Below, one piece after another: positions 1-13,329 of a DNA stretch of 64,000 bases (positions are counted from its first letter, which is position 1; each line of letters begins with the position of its first letter). Origin of the DNA: Macrostomum lignano (lineage: Eukaryota); assembly GCA_002269645.1 (NCBI GenBank), contig NIVC01000051.1, positions 434,001-498,000 on the forward strand, in the 5' to 3' direction. The notes below the pieces were generated by a model. The model ran no database searches, was not told the origin of the DNA, and was given only the letters and a program-made list of their open reading frames with translations. The position numbers and the translations under genes were made by a program.

Positions 1-2510
1 CCTCGCTCACCTTTCATGCATATGCACGAATTAACGCATTAATAATTTGTAACAAAATTAACTGAGAGTTACATACTCGTACATTGCACGCACAGATTGA
101 ACATAGAAAAGCTTTATTTACACCTATACTAATCGCTGCTATCCCCTTCCTACTCCTGACAAACCACGAAACTAAACATTTCCTATACTGATAAGTCTTA
201 ATGACTTTCAAATACTCAGGAAAAGTTCCGAAAAGTGATGAAAAGGTTTGCATTAGTGAGGAAAAATGTCCAATAGTGAGAAAAGGTAGCAAAAAACTTC
301 GCCAGTTGAAACTTCAATGCCCCTTGCATTGCCTCTACGCCTAAAGTGCCCACTGTGCACCTTTTATTCACCTTTCGTGCCTCCAGTGCACACTGTACAC
401 TTTTTCTGCACCTCCACAGCAGCGCACCTTTTATTCACTTTTCACTCCCCCCAATGCCCCCAATTCCTACTTTATTCACCTTCTGTGCCTCAACGCACAC
501 TGTGCACCTTTTATGCACCTAACTCCCCAACGACACCTGTGCCCCTACCGCCTATTTCGTGCCTCAAATTCACCTTCCGCCCCTGCAGAGGCACTCAGGT
601 GAACAAAAGGTGCACAAGTGGCACAAAATAGGCATAAGAGAGGCGAAAGTGAGGCAGAAGGTGCAAAACTCTTCACCTTTCATGCCTACTTTAAAAACTC
701 AAAATCCAACGGGACTCTTATCTTAAAATTTCCTATATCCAAGATCAGATTTGTGTTTTAAAGCAAGATCAAGCAATAATTTTATTACAAATTGAGATCA
801 AGAATAAGTCAATTGAAAATTGGAGATCAGGCTGCAATTGTGAATTTGTATAGAATGAGTAAAAAAAAAAGAAGATTTTTCTAATACTTATGATAAGTTA
901 TACATAAAATTTAGCCTATGGTTTTAGTATATGTCTTTGTCATCTTATATTTTATTTTATTTATTACTCAGCAGCCATAGTCTCGTTGCTCTAGCAGTAG
1001 CAGCCCCTAGTTCTTGGTGGCTCAGGGCCCCATAAGAAACATTAGCCTAAGACTAGCAAGGCACCAAGTGCTAGTGGAATCTCAACATTGTCAACCATAT
1101 ATACAACCACATTGTCAGAAAAAAATACTTCAAAGTTGGCTAAGAGAGTTTTATGATGTCTGCTGCTAGCTGTCTAACTAAGCTGCTATCCTAACTCAAC
1201 CTGCTCAGGCTATGCCCAAACTACTGCAACCTGACACTTAGCATTGGCAGTGGTAGGGTCCAGTTTTGCATGCATAAAATGTACTAGTGGCTAATAATTA
1301 GTGTTCCACAATAAGGAAGGTCCATGTACCGAGCCATAGCCATGAGCAAAACTATGGGTTATTCCAATTCTCCATATTCCATAGCCATAAGGACCCCAAT
1401 ATTCCCGTAGTTCCTATAGCCATAGCCATAGTTTTAACAAAAAGTCTAGAAAACAAAATATTTTAAATCAAGGAGATAACTTGGTGCTTAAACATCTGCA
1501 AATTAAGTTAGGAAATAAAAGAAACACTTGATTGCCTTTGTAAAATTATATTTTGTCTTTTTATAGAACAACAATACTTAATCGTTACTGAAAGTACTAA
1601 TGCTAAACTTTTTCACATTAATAAAAATTAGAGTTTGCTAGTGTTTTTTATTGTACTTTATTAGGTATATTCTATAAGTTTCTAAGTTAATAATACAGTT
1701 TACTAAAGTATCTTTGCTTTACTCTACCTGTTTCTAATATTTTTTCAATTTTTTAAATTAATAACTACGGATATGGGAATCTATGGAAAGTGACAGCAAC
1801 TACTATATTTCTGTAGTTGTAGCTATAAGAGGAGCTAGCTGCTGTAGGCATATCTATAGCTGTCATAGGCACCTATTTTACTATATTTGCTATAGGATCC
1901 TATAGCCATAGCTATGGCTATGGTGGAACACAACTAACAACAACTATTTCAAGGCTGCATTTAATTCAAGCATATGCAAAGCTAGAGCCTTTTGCCTAGA
2001 GCTCAAAGGTGTCACTGCCAAGGGCCTGCAGGCTATACTATAGTTTATATACATTGGCTTATTGGCTGTCAGATAATTAGGCTGAGGATATTCTTAATAT
2101 GGCATTGCATTTTTACAATATTTTTATACTTTCTATATTAAATGAAATCTTGCTCAACTTCTTGAATTCCAAGCCTATTCTTAAAATTTTGAGAATTTCT
2201 CAAAAAGGCTGTCTCAAAATTAAAAAATTGAGATTAAGATATCAGTTAGACTTTAGGCCTAGAAGTGATAGACTAAGGTCAAGGTGACCATAGCCACAGT
2301 CCAATGTGGTCACAAGGCAAACATATTTCTTACTGCTTTGAAGTCAAGGCAAGGCTAAAGAAAGTAAGGTATAGAAATAAAAGCTCTCTCTTATCACTTC
2401 CTCTACAGTCTTAGTTTTATCTTAACTTCTATGAGTTCATATCTTATTTGCCAAACTATCTAGTTTTGGATATGCTTAGCTTATGAATAACTAATAGTCA
2501 ATACTATAGA

Positions 2511-3900
2511 CCTATGACATTTCATCCAAGGGACATTTGTCAAAGACACTTTGTCCAAAAATTTTGGGGCACAAAATTTCATCCAAAGGGTACAACATTT
2601 CATCCCATGGGCACAACATTTTGTTTGAAAATTTTGTTAATTTTAGTCTAATCAATTGAAGTGTTCATTGTTTAAAAGGGTGCATTCAGTGAAGGGTTCA
2701 TTGTGACTAGTGCTAAAATATGTACATGTAGTTTCATGTACATCTGAGAGTGGAGTAAAATGGGTATAAAGAAAATGGGTAGCAAGTGTTCAATTCAGTT
2801 ATGTAAAGTTGGTTAGTTTGCTGGGGTTGCTTTGAGCATTTCGAGGCCCATTCAAGAATGCCCACTAGGTATATATCTCCCCTGATTTTCTTGTTGTCAG
2901 GCAGTGTACAAACTAAATATGCCTTGGAAAACACCCAAATTTGGCCAAGAAGGGGATTTATTATGCTCCGCCACTCAACCCCTCTATAGCTGTTGTACTA
3001 TTGGTGCATGTTGTGATTGAAGTGGTAGTGCTGGTCTAGCTTGGATGTTGTACATGTAGTATAAATTCCATAAGTCATCTTTTGACACACTAAGCCAAAA
3101 TTACAATTACAATGTTGGACAATGAGTGCATCAGGTGCAAAAAGTCTATACTGCCATGACAAGAAACTGTGGCATGCAATAAGTGCAGCAGTTGGGCTGC
3201 AGTTGCACTAGCTCCATCAGCAGCTCTATATTGAATTACTACTACAGTTGTGCTAGCTTTGTCAGTAGCTCCTTGTTGAATTAAGGCCGCAGCTATGCTA
3301 GCTCTATCAGTAGCTCCTTGTTGAATTGGGGCAGCAGTCGCACTAGCTTCATTAGCAGCTATTTTGTATTCATCAATGATGATACAACAGAACATAAGCC
3401 AAGCCTAAGCCTTAAGGTTGAAGCTTACAGTATAGTGTACAATATATGTATGGGTATAATTTTAGAAAAAGAACAAGGACTTTCAGGCAACTTTTCAAAA
3501 AAGGACAAATTAGCCTTGATAGCTTCCTGAAGTCTATGAGCCATATTTACTTGTCAAAATTTGTCAAACCTGATGCATTTCCTGCTTAACATTTGCATTA
3601 ACATGGCATTTTACATGTACCATTTTACTATTTGAAGTTTTAATACAATGCTATATTTTATGAAGTTTATAGGGGCCTAAGCTATTATTATTATGGCAAT
3701 GGCTTGCTAGGCCTATATGTACCATTTTAAATACTTGAAGTTTTACTGCAATGCTACTGCAATGCATTGCTACACACTCAAATGCACCCTCACCCAAACA
3801 CTTGCATTGATTAGACTAAAATTTGTATATTGGACTTGGACAAAATGTCATTCCCATTGGACAAAATGTCGTACCCTTTGGACAAAATGTCCTGTTCCCA
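2511..3900. mobile_element. Degenerate MITE-like element with inverted subterminal short repeats
   Basis: Units like GACATTT(T)GTCCAAAGGG at ~2511-2625 are mirrored by GGACAAAATGTC units at ~3838-3900 on the opposite strand. Termini and TSD not resolved. Confidence 0.35.
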
Positions 3901-4143
3901 ATACTATTATTGATAATTAGGCCAATAATTGTTTAACTAGGCCTATCCTATAGTCTAGTTATAGAATTTACAAGTTTTACCCTAGGATAGGGCCTACCCT
4001 AGGATAGGAGCTAGAATAAGCCTTGCTAATAATAATTTTAAAAAAATTAAAGTTTTTTCTGTTTGCATAAGCTGGGCATAATTTAGAACATTGCCTGTAT
4101 TGTGGCTACCTTACTTAGTGTATAGCCACCTTAGCCTAGACAC

Positions 4144-4674
4144 CTGGATGGAATTCTTGTAGAAAAATCACAACACGTTATGCGATTGTGCGAAAAAAAT
4201 GCGATTTTGCGTCAAAAAATCCAGAAAAAATGTGTTGCAGAATTTTAGACAAAATTGCTAATTCTTAATATATGCAAAAGTGCACTTGAGATATAGGATT
4301 TTGCAAAAGATTATCCTACTAGCTAAGATCACGAAGAAAAAAAGAATAAAAAGTAAAAACTAAATAAGGCACAAAGACAAAAGTAAAAATTCGAAAAAAT
4401 TCTATGAAAAGTAGAAACTCGTAACATTCTCTAACATACGTATTTGGACGAAAATTCAAATCACTACATTTTCTTAGAATGCATTTTTCGTTATTGTTAT
4501 TATTATTGAGCTTTTATAGGTTCAGGCAGTAGCTAAGCCATTAAAAAACTTGTTTTTACCATTTTGCGACGTGCTAAGTACCAAAAAAAAATGCGACCAA
4601 TAAAAAATATTTTGCGCGCCATAAAAAAATTGCATAATTCTGTTTGACTTAAGAAATACAAGAATTCCATCCTG
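4144..4674. mobile_element. MITE-like element with 16-bp terminal inverted repeats
   Basis: GGATGGAATTCTTGTA (4146-4161) is the reverse complement of TACAAGAATTCCATCC (4657-4672). The interior keeps its CpGs while the flanks are CpG-poor. No TSD found. Confidence 0.6.
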
Positions 4675-7600
4675 GCCTAGACATGCACCAACTAAGATTC
4701 TAGCAAATATTGAGATCATAACCCTACCGCCTATCCTAGTCCTAGACTAGGCACTTCAGTGAGAAAATTAAATTTCAGAAATTGTTATAGGCTGCTATTT
4801 CACTAGATAGATCTTACTTTCCCATTTCCAAAATGGCCAAACTTTAGTGATTTGGTTGAGTAATAAGGAAACTACAGCTATTTTAGTAACCCCGATTTGT
4901 GCCTTTAGCCAATGGAATTTTTACATTACGGTTTGTGATCATTTTTGGCCAAAAAGTTGGCTTTTTGTCTTTGAACACTTGTAATTAATTTTCTAGCCAA
5001 CCAAAATGACTGTGCTTGGTGTCATTTTGTTCAGTTTTTTAGTGTTAATTGTATGAATTATATATTTTAATATTATTTTATATGCCCAAGTTGCTAAGCT
5101 AATTGAAACAGGATGGGTGTATGAAATTTTGACTATTTTAACCAGATACGCAATGATTGCAATTTTAAAAATACAATAGCATCTGTTCTGCTTGCTTAAT
5201 TTATACAAGGCTAGTGTCATTTTGTTCAGGTTTTTACCTACTATAATACTATTCTACTTCTTGCCCTAAATTTTTAATGCATGACAGACACCCCAACTGC
5301 AATGTAATGTGCTGTACAGGCTTTGCGCATGGGTTTATTAAAAAACGGTTTTGCCTATCGTGTTCAGCATAGTAGAATTAGTTAAATGACACAGAGAACT
5401 AGTTTGCCGGAAGGCAGAGTCTCACAAAAAACACGAAATACACGTTTCAATGGGTATTTTACATGTAAACGTATCAAAAAAAGAAACCTCCACAAAATTT
5501 TTGCGCCTATAGCTATTGGCAAGCGGTTTTTTTTACTGTGCTTGTATTGTCAATAGGTAATGAAAAATATAAAGAGAAACAATGCAGGAAAAGGATTTCA
5601 TGGAAAATTTTGGATTTGAAATTTTGCATAGAGCCATATGGGCATTAAAAGAAAAAAAAAATTTTTTTAACACCAGAAAAATGTTTCTAAATTATCCCTT
5701 TACACTATAAAACCTTTGTTTCCATTATAAGAAACACATTGCAGCTAAGAAAAAGCATTTTCTGAACCACTGTTTTTTTATTCATTTTGGCTTCAATTTT
5801 ATATTCCTCCTAAAAAATGGTCAACTTTAAAAATAGACAGTGCAAAAAGTATAACAAAGCTAGACTTGCAGTTGGTGTCATTTGAAAGAGCTCCTTTTTA
5901 CCTTTTAAATGCATATTTTACTTTCATCCTGGCTTCTATAGTTTCTTTAAAATCGCCCTTGAAAAATTGAACTTTTTTCTTACTTTTTTGCCATTGGCAC
6001 GCACTTCTTATAACTCACTGAAGTCCCTACCTAGACCTATGTATTCTAAAAATGATATTAATTGTCTTACTTAGATTTGTAATTGCTTAGTAAATCTATT
6101 ATTTGGCCTTGGACTTATGGACAAGAAAATAATCTTGACATTAACCAGGCCCCTATTAGGCCTAGGCCCCTAACCATAATGTCACAAGATCCTGGGATGC
6201 CAGCAAAAAGTAATAACCTAATTATGCATAGGCTACCTTATACTGTAAATACAATAGGCTTATACCATGGCCTAATGGCAAAAACATGAGAACACTAGTA
6301 TATATAGGATCGTAGGCCTATTAGATAGTGCAAATTCAAGGTTCAAGTTAGGCCTAGGCCTATCCTATTTGCATAAAATATAGTCTATATTTAGATGGCC
6401 AAATATGCCCATATATCTTTGCCTTGTTGTCATGTCATGTTGATTTTTAAAAATACTACCTGACCTAGATCCTTAACTGTAGTCTAAGTTATAATTATAA
6501 TAACTTATAACTAAATTCAAACACTTTAACAAGGACTTATCTATGGCACATGCAATTTTAATCGTTATTAATATTAAAAATATTTTGTCGATTTCATTAA
6601 ATTTAGTTACAGAATAGAAGGCCCGTGAATTTCATACACGGACGGATATCTTTCTAGCGCAGTTTTGGACATTACTCATGAGATTGTGCAATATTCGCAT
6701 GATCATGCGCATGATCATAGTTAAATTTCTGCTTCAAGGTTGCATTGCATTCGAACTTTTTAAAAAATTTAATCGAATTTAACCAAATGTGTGACCATGA
6801 CCACAGCAGGCGAAAAAATGCTGTTCTAGTTCAAATGTTTTAATCGACATAAAAATAATATTAATAATGTTAATTACACTTCTAAAATAAAATTTTCCGA
6901 ACTTTAACGATCTGTGCAACCCGTATTATGCGATAATACTACATCGATTTCTCAAAAAAAATAAAAAAAATAAAAAAACCCTAAAAATAAAACTGATTCT
7001 ACTTGGAGAAGTGTCTAAATACATGTACATGTAGATTGGACACAGCAATATTCCTAATTAACCAGAATTCATAAAAAAGAAGCATGGTATCACTCTCACT
7101 GTGATTCCATACATGACATAGTTATCAAATTATAAGTAAAGTTTCATACGTAAAAGATTTTATCTTTCTCAGAGAAAATTTCTATACTTCAGCATGCGAG
7201 AAACTATACTGTTACATGTATGCACGTACATGTATATACGGCTCGTATACTCGTATAACTGATCGCTTTTCTGTATATTAGGATCCAGAGAGCAGGCCCC
7301 TTGCGCGCACGCGCTTGCAGAACAGGCGGAGGGGGCCAGGCAGCAGTAGCCAGAGAGGAGAGCTGGTCTGACAGCCACCTGCGCCTCACTCAGTGTTGAG
7401 GCGGGCGCCAGATGGTCTGAGGGGATGCGAATGATAGCTTTTTTTCTCATCATTTTGACAGGCCATCAAGATTTATGAGGTCAGGGCTTATTGTTCGTAT
7501 TCACTCAAGCGTGTGACAGCTTTGACAGCTATGCGTTTTACCCCTAAAAGTACTTTGGGATTAGCAATTAGCGATATCTCTTCATTATCTTCGCTTTCTA

Positions 7601-9664
7601 TTTAATAAGAGCTTTCTAATGTATTTTTTCATTAATTTTTGTCAATTCTACGCGAAAAGTCATAAATCATTTTGTTGCGATTTTGATTGATTTATGACCG
7701 CACCTGTCATGTTTTTACGACCCAGAGGGAACTGATAGGATCTCCCGGTCACGTGATTCTGGGTAGCAACAAGCTTAGCCAATCAGAAAATTCGACGCTC
7801 ATTTTAAAAAATCAGCTCAGCCAATCAGAATCGACGTGTCCCATTATAACAAACTGCGGTCCAGTTGGCGGTTATTTAAACCGGTGTTTTTGGCCCGCTC
7901 GGACGGCACCTTTCCGGGTGCTACCCCCCACTTTTCTGGGTGCTACCCCTGCAAACCTTCTGGCGACCGGGTGCTACCCTTGGCTCCACCGGCCAGGAAC
8001 TGACCGTCGTTTCTTGATCCTCGGATTGCGACTTCCCCCCATCATCATCAAGGACGAATCCCCCCGGTCATCAGCAGTGAACATCAAAGTGAAGAGCATC
8101 ACCTGCTAGCTATCAGCGAAGATTGTGACATCAGCATCATCCCGGGCCTACAGCTGCGAAGCACTAAGCCGATTCGGTCACTGTGGATTACCTGGTCTCC
8201 GGCTGTTGAGTTTCTGATTGGTTGAGTGAGAGGCTGCCTAGACTTGCTTGATTGGGTGATTCCTTATATGTCCCCTGTTTCAGTAGCTGGATTAGGCGCA
8301 CACTTTTGCTCATTTTATTCAGTAGTGCTGTAATCGAGGCAGAAGTCATTCAATACTGCTAGTAGTCTAAAGCTCCAATTCAATATGAAGTGTGAAGTGA
8401 ACTAAGGAGAATGTTAAATCTAACAGTTATTTTTATCGGTTTCATTTATTTGTTCGCCGATGGCTCAGATGAATAGCTAAGCTAGTAGGCGCCGGTCACA
8501 GTGGACCAATGGCAAGGCAGTTCTCAGTCGATCAAACTATAAAATCAGTTAGCGAAATTGCCAATAGTGCAGAATCGGCTCCAGAGATGTAGTACTCTGT
8601 GCACTCTAGGTTAGCCAAGCGGCTCGGGTGATGAATCATGCGGTCTCTGATGTTCGAGTTAGCCTATCATCAGCGCTATGAGAGGCTGGTTGGCGCGTTG
8701 AAGGCCAAAAGTACAATTCCTCGTATTTAGCAATGTAATAGTACATGTAGCTACCCCATAGTCTCGCCAGTGCAAGAATCCCCTGCACAAGTCCCCTCTG
8801 TACCTGCATGGCCAATGCGATCAAGTCCCAGCAGTGTCCCTTATCATCGGCTATGACTTCGAGATAGACAGCAAAAAGACACTAGTTGGCAGGTAAGTGC
8901 AAAGCCCCCTCTAGTCGGAAGCCCGATTTCGAGAGTCCCGGTATGGTGAGCCAGGACGTACGGGCTGGTGGCAGCGAGTTAGCTAATCTGCGGATTAACT
9001 AATTTCTACCTTCAAAATTCTCCCTGCTTGTCTCTCTCGCTGTCCCTCTCTTAGCTATAGGACCTAGACTGCTCGCCACACGATCAAGCTACCATGGGGC
9101 TGACCATCTGACAGGAGTGGGGGGCCAGGACTCTAATTGATTTATTTCTGAGACCTGAGGCCCGAAGGCTTCCCCACAAGGGGGCTGGAAGGTCGAAACC
9201 CATCAATGCACTAAAATTGTAATTTGAGAGATCCGACTACAAATAGAGCAGTGACTACGAGCGTAAAGACTATAGCGGAAGTTTGTTCCTCCAAAAACTT
9301 TTTACATAATCAACTAATTGCTGTAATCAAGGAAAAAATCAAAAGAAAAAGTTTTTTTAACAACAGGTGTGGAAAAAATAATGTGCTTCGCTTCCGGAGA
9401 AAAAATTGTTTTTGTTCAGGCAGCTAGTGCAAACACAATATTGCCTGTCTCTCACACTTACTATAAATGACTCTGTCTATATGCTTTTTATTGAATCAGG
9501 CAGCAAAGAGGAACACCCACAATTCCAGCTGCGAGACAATTGCATGTGACAACTGGTGGAAATATAAGTAAATGAATAATTTCTTGATGAAAGAAGCGAA
9601 ATTTGTTAATTAAAGAAAGAAAGATAGGAATCTCTCACGGTTCCTGGGCAGTGAACACGTCGAA

Positions 9665-10957
9665 ATGACCATTCGTAGACACATCAACAACTGCCGAATG
9701 GACAACATCGGTGAGTAAATTTGAATGTCACGTTGCAACATTCAGCAGACTTACGCCTTTACATGTATACATGCACCGTAGTCTGTTCTTGTACTTTAAT
9801 AGATTTAAAAAGCGAATTGCCCCCCCCATCTGCGAAACAATTAAGGACGAATTCGCGGTCTGCTGCTTATAATGCTGCTGGTTGTGGCATTGAAAGTGCT
9901 TCCCAGTCTGGTCAGAATTGAACTGGAGCAGTCTTGCGGACCCAAAACAGACTGCGGTCGGATTCCTGCTAAGAAGACTGCGCAATCAAATTTGCCAGAC
10001 GGGCTGCCTTGCAGCAAGCTGCCCTCCCAGTTCCCAGACTCCATCCCGCCGCTGGTGCACTGGACCAGCAAAGACGGCCGAGTTCCTAGTGAGATAATTC
10101 CCATTGTGCGCACATGGAGACGATTAACTAATGACAACGTCAACAAGGCCAGCTCAGAGAGCTGGCACTTCATGCACTGGGACGACAAGCAGATCTCCGA
10201 GCTCATCTCGAAGCACTATCCGTACCTTGTTCAAAGCTACCGCAAGCTGGTCAACGGGCTGGAGCGATCAGACATCGGCCGTCTGGTCGTGCTGCACCAC
10301 GTCGGCGGTCTGTACATCGACACTGATGTGGAGCTGCTTCGAGATCCGACACCGCTGCTGAGACCGTCGCAGCTTCAGGGAGTGGGGCTGACTCCGAACT
10401 TCGACTGTGAGTCAGCCGTGTGGAGTCAGGAGCCAATAGAGCATTCAATATTCATATTCAATATTGATTCAATGATTTCGAATGCTGTGATGATGAGCCG
10501 AGCGAATCACAGCTTCCTGAGCTTCGTGCTGATGAAATGGCCGTCCTGGTTCGAGAAGAATTGGGCCAATATCACACAAAGAACAGTCGATGATGCTGTT
10601 TTAGTGACTGGGCCAAAGATGCTGCAGTCATTCTACGATGAGTACACCATGCTGAAGCCGAGCGACAGACCTGCCGACTGGTGCGGCAACATGCTGGCTG
10701 AACCGGAGGCCTTCCAGCCAGTCAGCGATTGGGGCTACCTGCCAAGGATTATGCGGCAAATTTGCTCAGATGCTGGCCGGCTGAATGAGAGACAACGGCA
10801 ATATTGTCGGCGAATGGCTAAAGACGATTTTATGTCGAAGCGCATTCCCGACAGTACATTTACTTTGCATAACTTTTTGCACTTAAGCTATAGAGAGCGC
10901 ATGTTTATGTCTGTCTCATTTTCGTCTATAGTTCCTATACTTACTTGTACAATTTAG
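9665..10957 (+). CDS. GT32 glycosyltransferase paralog 1 (type II membrane, DXD). Predicted exons 9665-9710 and 9846-10957
   Basis: ORF 9872-10957 carries IPPLVHWTSK, RSDIGRLVVLHHVGGLYIDTDVE (DXD) and SNAVMMS. ATG 9665 through a phase-1 donor G|GTGAGT (9710/9711) joins acceptor TTAAG| (9845/9846) in frame, giving MTIRRHINNCRMDNIGRIRGLLLIMLLVV (cytosolic tail plus TM). Confidence 0.85.
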
Positions 10958-13329
10958 TGTTACTGATTCCACTTAAGACTGTTATTACTTAGCCATGACT
11001 TTTCTGACTTACATTAGCCAAACTGTGTCATAAACATAAACAGAATAGTAACAAGACAAACAACTTCCCTTTTTTCCACCTTCGTTCGTACTTCCATTAC
11101 AATTGAAATACTTGTTATGTCGATCAGAAAGACCGGGCCAAGTTGGAAAAAATCCTATGTCTTCCTTGTCTATTCATTTGTCTATAATAGCCAAAACGAC
11201 TTCGAACATGTTGATGGTCAATGTTAAAAATCATCATTTGGACGGGCAAAAGAAACGAAGTAAGAAAGGCTTAATTCACTTTATATGGTTTGGAATTCCT
11301 GCAGGACGCATTTAGTGGTCCCCTGCTCGCGTCGTTCGCCTCGACAATAACTTAAAGCTTTTGGTCAGCATAGACATAGATATTAATATAGAAATAGGCA
11401 TAGAAATAGGCAAGGATATAGACATACAAGTAGACATTGACAGTTCGACAAGCAAATTGAGAATTTGACATTTACTGTCATTTCGCCTAGCTCGTAACCC
11501 CACTCTCTGCATACGAAATCGCACTCCCTGCGAGTTCTGCTGATCGAAAGCCGGCTCAAAGACACGGTGAACGGTGGCGCCTCTGTCAAAAATGCTGCTA
11601 GGGTGCTCGAGGGCATCCGCCCACCGGATCATAAAGCTGCACAGGGAGGAGGGAAGAGATGAGTCGTTGCCACGAGGCGGCCGAAAGGACGCGAGCTGGT
11701 AGGTTGACAACGAGACGCGGGAATTCCTCAATACAGAAGTGTACGGAAGTGGACGACGAGTTAATCAATTTTTGGATGGCCTTCAATTTATAGACAAGAC
11801 GCTCCCAGGGCCGCAGTTTGAAAGGGACGAAATTCTTGCGAACTGTCTCCACGCAGCGAGGGCCATGCAAATGTGACAGTGTGCATGGCCCCTTGATAGA
11901 CTGGCCACATTTCCACCGCGCGGCTCGCATTCCGCAGCAGCCTCAGCACCGCATTTCGCTGCACATCAATGCCGCCGTACTCGCCACTCCTAATAAGAGC
12001 TTTCTAATGTATTTTTTCATTAATTTTTGTCAATTCTATTCGCCAACTCTTTGCTAAAGGCAGCAATCAAAAGCCGCCTGACGCAGCCGGACGTTGTCGG
12101 AGAGGAAGCAGGTGCCCCCGGCGGCATCAGCCAGGAGGAATGGAGGTCTATGTTGTTGGAGCGGGTGGCGAGAGAGTCGCTGGGCGTGGCTGTTACAGCG
12201 GAGGAGGTTGCCTGGCGATGCAGCCATTCTGAGCATTGCATTCTGCGTTGTCCTGCTTCCTGGTTTCAGCATGCATTCTGAGCTGCATCTTAATCTTTAA
12301 CTTCTCTCTGCGTTGCATTTTCGGCTTATTCTCTGTGAAGGAATGACATTCTTGCACGCTTTTGCGTCCAGGAACGGAATGTCTATCTATGGTAAAATCT
12401 CACTGAAAAAGCATTAGGCGTAGAAATGCATTCCTGCACGGTTTTGTGCATTGTTGTACGATGACTCTCACTCGTCCAACAATGGTATTCCTTCACGTTC
12501 ACTCGTGAGCGAAGAACATCATGCACGAGTGCGCGCTCTAGCAGGAATGAATTATTTGGCAGCAGTTGATTCGGTCTGGCCCATAGACATAGAGATAAAC
12601 AAAAGGCAAGCAAGTAAGTTTATATAAATGCACCTAGGTTCATACATGTGCATATAGATGCAATGGTACATATACCTGTAAATGCACGCATGCGGAATAT
12701 AAAACTCGAGCATAGATCTTATGTTCCTAAGATAAACCACTCTCAATGCATTCAATAGGAAGACCGACCATGCAAATTGCAAGAAAAAATTAATTAAGCC
12801 AACGGCGTTTGAGACAAGTCTGTCAGTAGTTTAAAGGGACATAGACATATTTTTGCCGTGGTTGCAAAAATATTCGCAACAGACACAAAGTTCGCCAGTC
12901 CTTGCTTCCTTGCGTTTTGCTATCAAACAAATTGGCAAAATAGCGCTGAATTCGAGGAGCTGCAGCTGTGTTCGGGGCTGCAGCACACATACACATGTAA
13001 AAGTGATGGAGTCCAACATCTAGCTGCACAATTTGCTGAAACTTTCTGATGTTTATCGTTTCTTGTATTTCGTTTACATGTTTAACTGTTTTGTTTGAAT
13101 TACGATTTTTCATTCGCTGGTTCAATTGAAATACACATCATTAGCAAGAATTATACTGAAAATAGCTAAATATGCCTTAAAAAAACTTAATACGCGCACA
13201 AGCTACTGACCTGATACCGTGGTCGCTAAATTCTTTTCAAGAAATACAAAGGCTCTATGGGTATGCTTTTGTGGTAGCTGAGTGGCGTATCTAGGGAATA
13301 TAAGATCTATGAACTCGAGTCAAATATTT

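Noticed and set aside
3090-3395. 101-aa Ala-rich ORF with an internal repeat (IQQGATD)
   Set aside because: Lies in the hypermutated repeat domain and has no recognisable domain; at most a decayed coding remnant.
7705-8450. Possible solo LTR (TGTCATG start, two AGCCAATCAGAA boxes); similar CCAAT-rich stretch at 14700-15000
   Set aside because: No second LTR, CA end, PBS, PPT or TSD could be identified.
7604-12038. ~50-bp shared segment TAATAAGAGCTTTCTAATG.. at 7604 and 11991
   Set aside because: Probably a fragment of a dispersed repeat; too short to define an element or function.
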